Source of the DNA: Perkinsela sp. CCAP 1560/9
Taxonomy: Eukaryota > Protista > Euglenozoa: Kinetoplastea
Length of the DNA stretch: 64,000 nt
Assembly (NCBI GenBank): GCA_965644495.1
Contig: CBFFSA010000020.1
Span: forward strand, 124,001 to 188,000
Direction of reading: 5' to 3'
The position numbers and the translations under genes were made by a program. Numbering within the stretch: the stretch's first letter is position 1; each line of letters opens with the position of its first letter. The notes below the pieces were generated by a model. It ran no database searches and had not been told where the DNA came from. It was given only the letters and a program-made list of their open reading frames with translations. Below, piece after piece: positions 58,189-64,000 of this stretch.

Positions 58189-61100
58189 ATGTCCGACAAT
58201 CCCACTTCTCCGCGGAATGTTGACGATGCGCTGCCGGACCTCCCTCGAGCTTCCGGCGGCGTACAGACGCAAACCCTGCACTTCGTCCACAGCAGATCAC
58301 GGCCCGTTAAGATACGACGCCTCACTGATCTGCATTGGACGTATTTCCCGGACATTAAGACCGCGAGCCAATGGTCCATAGTCAGACAAAGAATTCCATC
58401 CCGACAAGGTGCGGAAGTAGCTATCACGAAACTGCTGAGTAAGTGTGCATCAGCACACGATCTCGTAGCTGAACACACCACCTTTGAGGAGCTCGTGGAG
58501 CATAACGCGTGCGACTATATAAAGGTTACGAGGAATGAACACCCCTACACCATCTCCCTGCACCCAAACTGGGTCTCGATGCACACCGACCCTGCCCTCA
58601 GCCTGCGAGACAAGTATTCCACCCCAAGCACGCTAAATAAGGCAGCCCTGAAGGCCATACAGGGAAGAGAAATATCGGGACTGAAGCACATAAAAATCGA
58701 GCTCATAAGAAACCAGGAATCACCAAGCACTGAAACCGCGGAATACGAGAAGCCGCGCAGGATAGAAGAATCCCCTCATAAAATCGCTCCCCCAAGAACG
58801 CCAAAGCCCCAGAAGGGTAAAACTGATCAACACAAGGGACCATGCAAGCACCGCTGCTTGAGCAAACTCTCCTGTGCTCACAAGTGCTGTAAAATCTATG
58901 GACCGCTGCCGAGTGAGGACGCTACATATTGCTCATCAGAAGGAGCACTGCCACCTGAGATCGTCCCAGAAGGAACCGCAAATAACACCAACCCAGGAGA
59001 TCCAAGTAAATATACGCCGGAAAGCACCTCTTCGGAACCTGCGACACATACAAAATGCAACACACATGCGTCGAACGGTCACCGCAAACCTACCGTACAT
59101 GATGAACCTTCCGCCCCGCATCCATGTCGTCATTCCTGCAAGAACAAAGCTACGTGCGGACATCTATGTTGTAAACGAGGCATTAAATCTTCGCATCTGG
59201 ACTTTCCAACTTCCGCGACTTCTACAAATGAAAATCTACAAACGAAGCTATGCAACGCAATATCACGGGAGGGCGCTCACACAACTTTAGAACGCGGGTT
59301 AAACCCGGCAACACAACCTCCACCTGATGTCCAAATGGTCCCACCTGCCGAGGGAACCCAAACAGAGGGGGCCGACGTCAACCAGAACTCCGTAACACCA
59401 AACCTCAACGACAACGATAGTGATTTCCTACGGAAAGCTGCTAAATTGGCTGGTTGGGCCATGCGTAACGTTATAAACTTCTACCGCCTTCCCAATACTA
59501 GCATCAACGGACCAACAAACGGGAACCAGCAAACTGTGCAAATCACGGATGCGACGTGCACTGACAACAAAGATAGCACTATGCACAACCCTGCGCCACT
59601 CCCTGACGCGACGCCTAGCAGTGCAGCGCATTACCCACAGAACACCGTACACGTGGAACCATGTCGTCACCGATGCTCGGCCAAGCTACGCTGTCTGCAT
59701 AAATGCTGTAAGATATATGGACCGCTTAGGTACAATGAGCCCCTCGTCCGACCTTCTCCTCTTCCTCCTCCTTCGCACACTACGGAACTTCGAGTTCCAT
59801 CATGGGATGAAACCAGCGAAAGGGAGCGCCTCCATCTGCTTGAACAACACAAAACCATAACAGGGGGAAAAATGTGCCTAAAGCTTAACGACGATCAATG
59901 GAAGGCGGTTGAAAACAAGGCATACGATACATGTCGAAGGCTGCAATACCCAACAGTAGACACCCCGGAAATCGCAGTGAAAAACGCAGAACTCCTGGGT
60001 GCCTCTCTGGCAGTGGCGGCATACGAAATTGCACAAGAGATTAACCCCACTAAAGGTTTCCTCACGCGATCGAAACGCGGACACGCCCGATTCAAGCACC
60101 GGCCACTTTCGTCTGAAAATGCAGCCCACGAAATGACGAAACACATACGCAACCAAAAGAAATCACTACGCTACACACACGGAACGGAACGCCAAGAGCT
60201 CCGTCGCTGCATTAAGGAAAGTGAGAAGCTAGAGAAAACATACACAGAAGAGGCCAAAGCACATAGGAAACAGCTAGAAAGACAATGGGCCCATAGCAGA
60301 TTCACGCGGAACCCGTGGACAGCAGCATCCGAGGCCTTGGACCGCCCCTCGACCTCCGCCACCGCCGAATATCCTGAATGCGATTTACCTACGATAGAAA
60401 AATATTTCACAGAAAGCACAGCACCTCCCGCCGAAGAGCATCGCCTGCCGCCGAACAACGTACTTGGTCCTCTACCCATCAACGAAATGGAATGGTCTCC
60501 ACTGACCGCGCAAGATGTCGCAGACGCGCTCAGCAGCAAAAGAAGCGCAAGCGCGCCAGGGCGTGATACGATTACAAACGCACTTCTAAAACAATGCAAA
60601 TACCTGTACCCCCGTATAGCGAACACGTTTAATGATCTTCTGCGCTACGGCGTCTGCCCGCCATGCTGGTCCTCCGCCGTAGTTAAACTCATTCACAAAG
60701 GAGGCGAAAAACACATCCCGAAAAACTGGAGACCTATCTCCCTGACTAGCGCTCTAGGCAAACTTTTCAATAGCATGATCGGACACCAAATTTTGACGCA
60801 TACCGTGTCCTCCGGCCTCCTAGATACAAGCGTTCAAAAAGGCTTTCTTCCGAAGATGAGTGGTACACTGGAACACACGCAAGCTCTCTCCGAAATACTA
60901 CAATATTACCGCCGAAACAAAAGGCAATATTGTCTCACGCAGTTTGATCTCAGCAATGCATTCGGCTCGGTCCCCCATAACATCATCTTCGAGGCACTGC
61001 GATGGGCAAACGTCTCGCCACAAATCGTGTCCTACGTTGAAAGCATGTATTCACATGCGGAAATGCGTATTAAGTGTGTCGAAGGTTTGTCACGTGCTAT

Positions 61101-62775
61101 ACCGATACACAGAGGCGTACTACAAGGTGATACCCTGTCGCCCATAATTTTCAACTTAGTGATGGAAACTGTACTACGATACCTCAAGCAATCGTGCCCC
61201 CGGTATGGCCTTGACTACCCAGATACTCCAAGGCATTTCCTGAAAGCCTACGTTGACGACCTGACGATACTGACTAGCAGCGATACCGACATGCAGCACG
61301 CGACCAACACACTCGAAACTGCACTGAGACGAATAGGACTCTCAATCAACGTAGACAAGAGCCGTACACAGTGCATGTCCATGCGTGAAGGCAGTGAGCA
61401 CCCGGGTTACATGACCAGGAAGCCGAGACTCAGTATCGAAGGCAAAGCGATACCACATATATGTGACCGTGGAAGCACTTTTCTTGGAATGACCATAGCA
61501 CCAGGAGCACAGCAAGCGAAAGAACTTTTCAAAAAGCTGGATGTCAGACTAAGAACATGGCTTCGGAATGTCGACGAGAGTGCACACAGTCTCCCCGAAA
61601 AACTTTGGATCTACAACAGAGCGATCGTATCCCGTCTGCGCTACGCCCTCACCGTTCACCCGTGTGTCACTTTCAACTTTGTATTGCGATTGCAGAAAAG
61701 AATTACACGTCACCTTAAGAAATGGATCAATGCAGCATCCACGACTTGCACCGAAATTCTTTATACTGAACGAGGGTGGAACCTTAAAAGTTTATCCAAG
61801 CTGTGGTCCGAATGCTCTATCCTAGCCTTAACACAGATGCACAAGTCGCGGGACCCATCGATACAGGCGGCACTACGAGCCCGAATCAAGCAAGAAGAAG
61901 AAAAACGATCCTCTGGTTATATTCGTCCAAGCGCTGACGCCATTCAACACCTTCATGACGCGCGGAAGGCGCAACAGATAGCCCGTGATAACCATGAATC
62001 TTACGTCATAAATCAGCTTCAGAGACGGGCACCGACAGCAGCAAAGTGGTGGAGCCTCCCCTCCGAGGCTGATCTCGCGAAAGAGTTCTCAGCGGCCCTG
62101 AACAACCTCAACAGTGAAAAACTTTCTCGCTTCGCAGCTTCAGTACTAACGCTTTCACCCCTACCATCCAGAACCAATCTTCGGCTTTGGGGTCTCCGGC
62201 GTGAGAGTGTAACATGTCCCATATGTAAACTCGAACCTCAAACAACAAGGCACGTGCTCTCGGGGTGCAAAGAGTCCCTTCAGCAAGGGAGATACACCCT
62301 CCGTCATGACATGTTACTTGAAGAGCTCGGAAAACACTTGCTGCGTTCGCCGTATACCAAGAGCGTACACCTAGATATCCCCGGATTTAGGAATGCCCCG
62401 GCATGGCTCGGCACCCGTGAGGACCTTCTTCGCCCCGACGGTTTGATTACACTTAAGGATGGAAGTGAGTTCATCATTGAGCTCACTGTGCCCTGGGAAG
62501 AGAACCAGTCTCAGGCGCACGAGGGCAAATCCCGTAAATATAATGCTCTCTTCCATGAACGACGCATTAATCACCCTAGGACGGCCCTTGTTGTATTCGA
62601 AGTGGGAGCCCGCGGCTCGTTACTCACATCTTGTCGAAACCTCAACCTCCTCTTTGACGAGGACACAAAGCTTGCGGAAAAATGTCGAGAAAGTCTAATG
62701 CAGACCGCCCTTCGAGGCAGTTTCATTATCTGGCAGAACCGCGAGTCTGCCGTTTGGACAGAAGGACGGGTATAA
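58189..62775 (+). CDS. Retrotransposon polyprotein (three Cys/His fingers, RT, CCHC, RLE; 1528 aa)
   Basis: NWRPISL, QKGF, DLSNAFGSVPH, GVLQGDTLSP, YVDD; CPIC..HVLSGC, QGRYTLRHD, RPDG, ELTVPWEE. Confidence 0.96.
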   Translation: MSDNPTSPRNVDDALPDLPRASGGVQTQTLHFVHSRSRPVKIRRLTDLHWTYFPDIKTASQWSIVRQRIPSRQGAEVAITKLLSKCASAHDLVAEHTTFEELVEHNACDYIKVTRNEHPYTISLHPNWVSMHTDPALSLRDKYSTPSTLNKAALKAIQGREISGLKHIKIELIRNQESPSTETAEYEKPRRIEESPHKIAPPRTPKPQKGKTDQHKGPCKHRCLSKLSCAHKCCKIYGPLPSEDATYCSSEGALPPEIVPEGTANNTNPGDPSKYTPESTSSEPATHTKCNTHASNGHRKPTVHDEPSAPHPCRHSCKNKATCGHLCCKRGIKSSHLDFPTSATSTNENLQTKLCNAISREGAHTTLERGLNPATQPPPDVQMVPPAEGTQTEGADVNQNSVTPNLNDNDSDFLRKAAKLAGWAMRNVINFYRLPNTSINGPTNGNQQTVQITDATCTDNKDSTMHNPAPLPDATPSSAAHYPQNTVHVEPCRHRCSAKLRCLHKCCKIYGPLRYNEPLVRPSPLPPPSHTTELRVPSWDETSERERLHLLEQHKTITGGKMCLKLNDDQWKAVENKAYDTCRRLQYPTVDTPEIAVKNAELLGASLAVAAYEIAQEINPTKGFLTRSKRGHARFKHRPLSSENAAHEMTKHIRNQKKSLRYTHGTERQELRRCIKESEKLEKTYTEEAKAHRKQLERQWAHSRFTRNPWTAASEALDRPSTSATAEYPECDLPTIEKYFTESTAPPAEEHRLPPNNVLGPLPINEMEWSPLTAQDVADALSSKRSASAPGRDTITNALLKQCKYLYPRIANTFNDLLRYGVCPPCWSSAVVKLIHKGGEKHIPKNWRPISLTSALGKLFNSMIGHQILTHTVSSGLLDTSVQKGFLPKMSGTLEHTQALSEILQYYRRNKRQYCLTQFDLSNAFGSVPHNIIFEALRWANVSPQIVSYVESMYSHAEMRIKCVEGLSRAIPIHRGVLQGDTLSPIIFNLVMETVLRYLKQSCPRYGLDYPDTPRHFLKAYVDDLTILTSSDTDMQHATNTLETALRRIGLSINVDKSRTQCMSMREGSEHPGYMTRKPRLSIEGKAIPHICDRGSTFLGMTIAPGAQQAKELFKKLDVRLRTWLRNVDESAHSLPEKLWIYNRAIVSRLRYALTVHPCVTFNFVLRLQKRITRHLKKWINAASTTCTEILYTERGWNLKSLSKLWSECSILALTQMHKSRDPSIQAALRARIKQEEEKRSSGYIRPSADAIQHLHDARKAQQIARDNHESYVINQLQRRAPTAAKWWSLPSEADLAKEFSAALNNLNSEKLSRFAASVLTLSPLPSRTNLRLWGLRRESVTCPICKLEPQTTRHVLSGCKESLQQGRYTLRHDMLLEELGKHLLRSPYTKSVHLDIPGFRNAPAWLGTREDLLRPDGLITLKDGSEFIIELTVPWEENQSQAHEGKSRKYNALFHERRINHPRTALVVFEVGARGSLLTSCRNLNLLFDEDTKLAEKCRESLMQTALRGSFIIWQNRESAVWTEGRV

Positions 62776-62868
62776 CGTCTGTAAAAGATAGGTCTGGGCA
62801 GCGTCATATGCGCCCCCCAGGCCTATCCGCATATTCTCTGCCTTATAAAGGTATGATAAATTAAATAA

Positions 62869-63402
62869 GTCATCAAGACGGGATTGTCCGGGACGGTAAC
62901 GTTCGTCCATCTCCCGCTCATGATAAAAAACATAAAACTCAATGAGAGCCTTTTTACAGGCGAGATCGATTTCGCCACCCTACCGGTAAATTTAGGATTG
63001 CTGGGATTACGCGGGAACCAGTTCACGGGCCTTGTCGCACTCACCGCATTGCCCGCGGGGCTACGGACGTTTGACGTGGCCTCAAACCATTTTACGGGAC
63101 AGCTCGATCTAAGTGCTTTGCCTCCGAATATGGTACATCTCAATCTCAGTAGCAATGCCTTCGAGGGGGCGCTCGTCTTCCACGCGAATCTTCCGTCCTC
63201 GTTGCTCTATCTCGGACTCTATGGCAATGCGCTCTCCGGGATTGTTGATTTTTCTCCCATCATGGAGCACAAAATCTTAACGCGGTGTCGTTACCTTTCA
63301 CGCACGTATGGGATTAATTTGTACAAAAACCATTTTACGGATTGGGGCCCAAAAAATAGTAAATTTGGAGGAAGATTGCCGATGGGTGTGCTGTTTACTT
63401 AG
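62869..63402 (+). pseudogene. LRR gene 3' half
   Basis: Resumes mid-repeat (VIKTGLSGTVTFVHLP...) directly after the retrotransposon. Confidence 0.85.
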
Positions 63403-64000
63403 TGCCTTTGCATGCCTTGGTGTGAGGTGTGTGCGTGTCTTTTAAAACCATAATAAAGAATAAACTCGTATTATGAACAAACCTTTTTTTGTTAATCATC
63501 AAACCTTTTTTGTTCATCATCGGCGGTTGGTTAAGAGTAGATGAAAGACGAACTACTACCCCCTTTTTCAAGAATGATAGATGCAAGCCAGGGCATGCCT
63601 ACCCTCTGGGGCTAGGGGCTGATTCCACTTATCCACTAAGCAAGGACGAAGGCCATTGTAAAGACGTCCGCGCCTAGCCTAACGAACGGGTTAGAGCGCG
63701 GAGCTCCGTGGGAGAGAAGGTGAACCCCATTTCGCTCCATGGGAGAGCGAACACCCCATTCTGCCCCTTCCCCAGTTTGAAAAGGCAAAGCTATAGCCTG
63801 AGATGCGGCCTCCCGGGATCCGTGGGCATCCAATGGATCCCACTCATCATGTTGGGCAGAGAAAGAAACCGAAGCGACGTATGCCGCGGCACAGTAGAGA
63901 GACGAAGAGTGCGGACCAAAGCCCCCATGCTTTTTTCCTCGTTGGGCCTGGGTACGTCCGGAGGGATTCCGTGAGCAGATGACATCTTCGAGGGCGCGTA

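Larger units (their letters stand above)
58124..62868 (+). mobile_element. Full-length HERO-like RLE non-LTR retrotransposon, potentially active
   Basis: SL, 35-nt UTR, intact ORF, ~90-nt 3' UTR ending ATTCTCTGCC-loop-GGTATGA and an AT-rich tail; splits an LRR gene; no clear TSD. Confidence 0.93.

Noticed and set aside
63610-63679. Hammerhead-ribozyme-like arrangement (CTGAT..GGACGAA..GTC closed by GGCTAGG/CCTAGCC)
   Set aside because: Lacks the GA of CUGANGA, has GAAG instead of GAAA and a poor stem III; at most a relic

Overview
Transposon-dense eukaryotic DNA, most likely from a euglenozoan or kinetoplastid-type protist. A kinetoplastid-like spliced-leader (SL) exon occurs three times, all host genes are intronless and on the + strand, and the LRR family resembles those of Perkinsela-like organisms. 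The host scaffold is 12 LRR genes or pseudogenes (five inside a 2,922-bp tandem array at ~40.4-55.5 kb) plus one multi-RRM gene. Mobile DNA includes two CRE-clade and two HERO-like RLE non-LTR retrotransposons, a CRE fragment, Tc1, pogo and probable Merlin remnants, several TA-flanked MITEs, a DIRS-like RT/RNase H relic, and a head-to-tail train of poly(A)-tailed SINE-like units (24.4-31.5 kb). The most notable candidate system has four parts. (1) Three retrotransposons of two clades begin exactly with the SL exon, so they were copied from SL-capped RNA. (2) A non-autonomous retroposon instead begins with an HDV-like self-cleaving ribozyme fold. (3) A second SINE/3' UTR RNA structure is supported by compensatory base changes. 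(4) One CRE polyprotein carries a 2A-like ribosome-skipping motif. All calls are from reading the sequence by eye; no searches were run.
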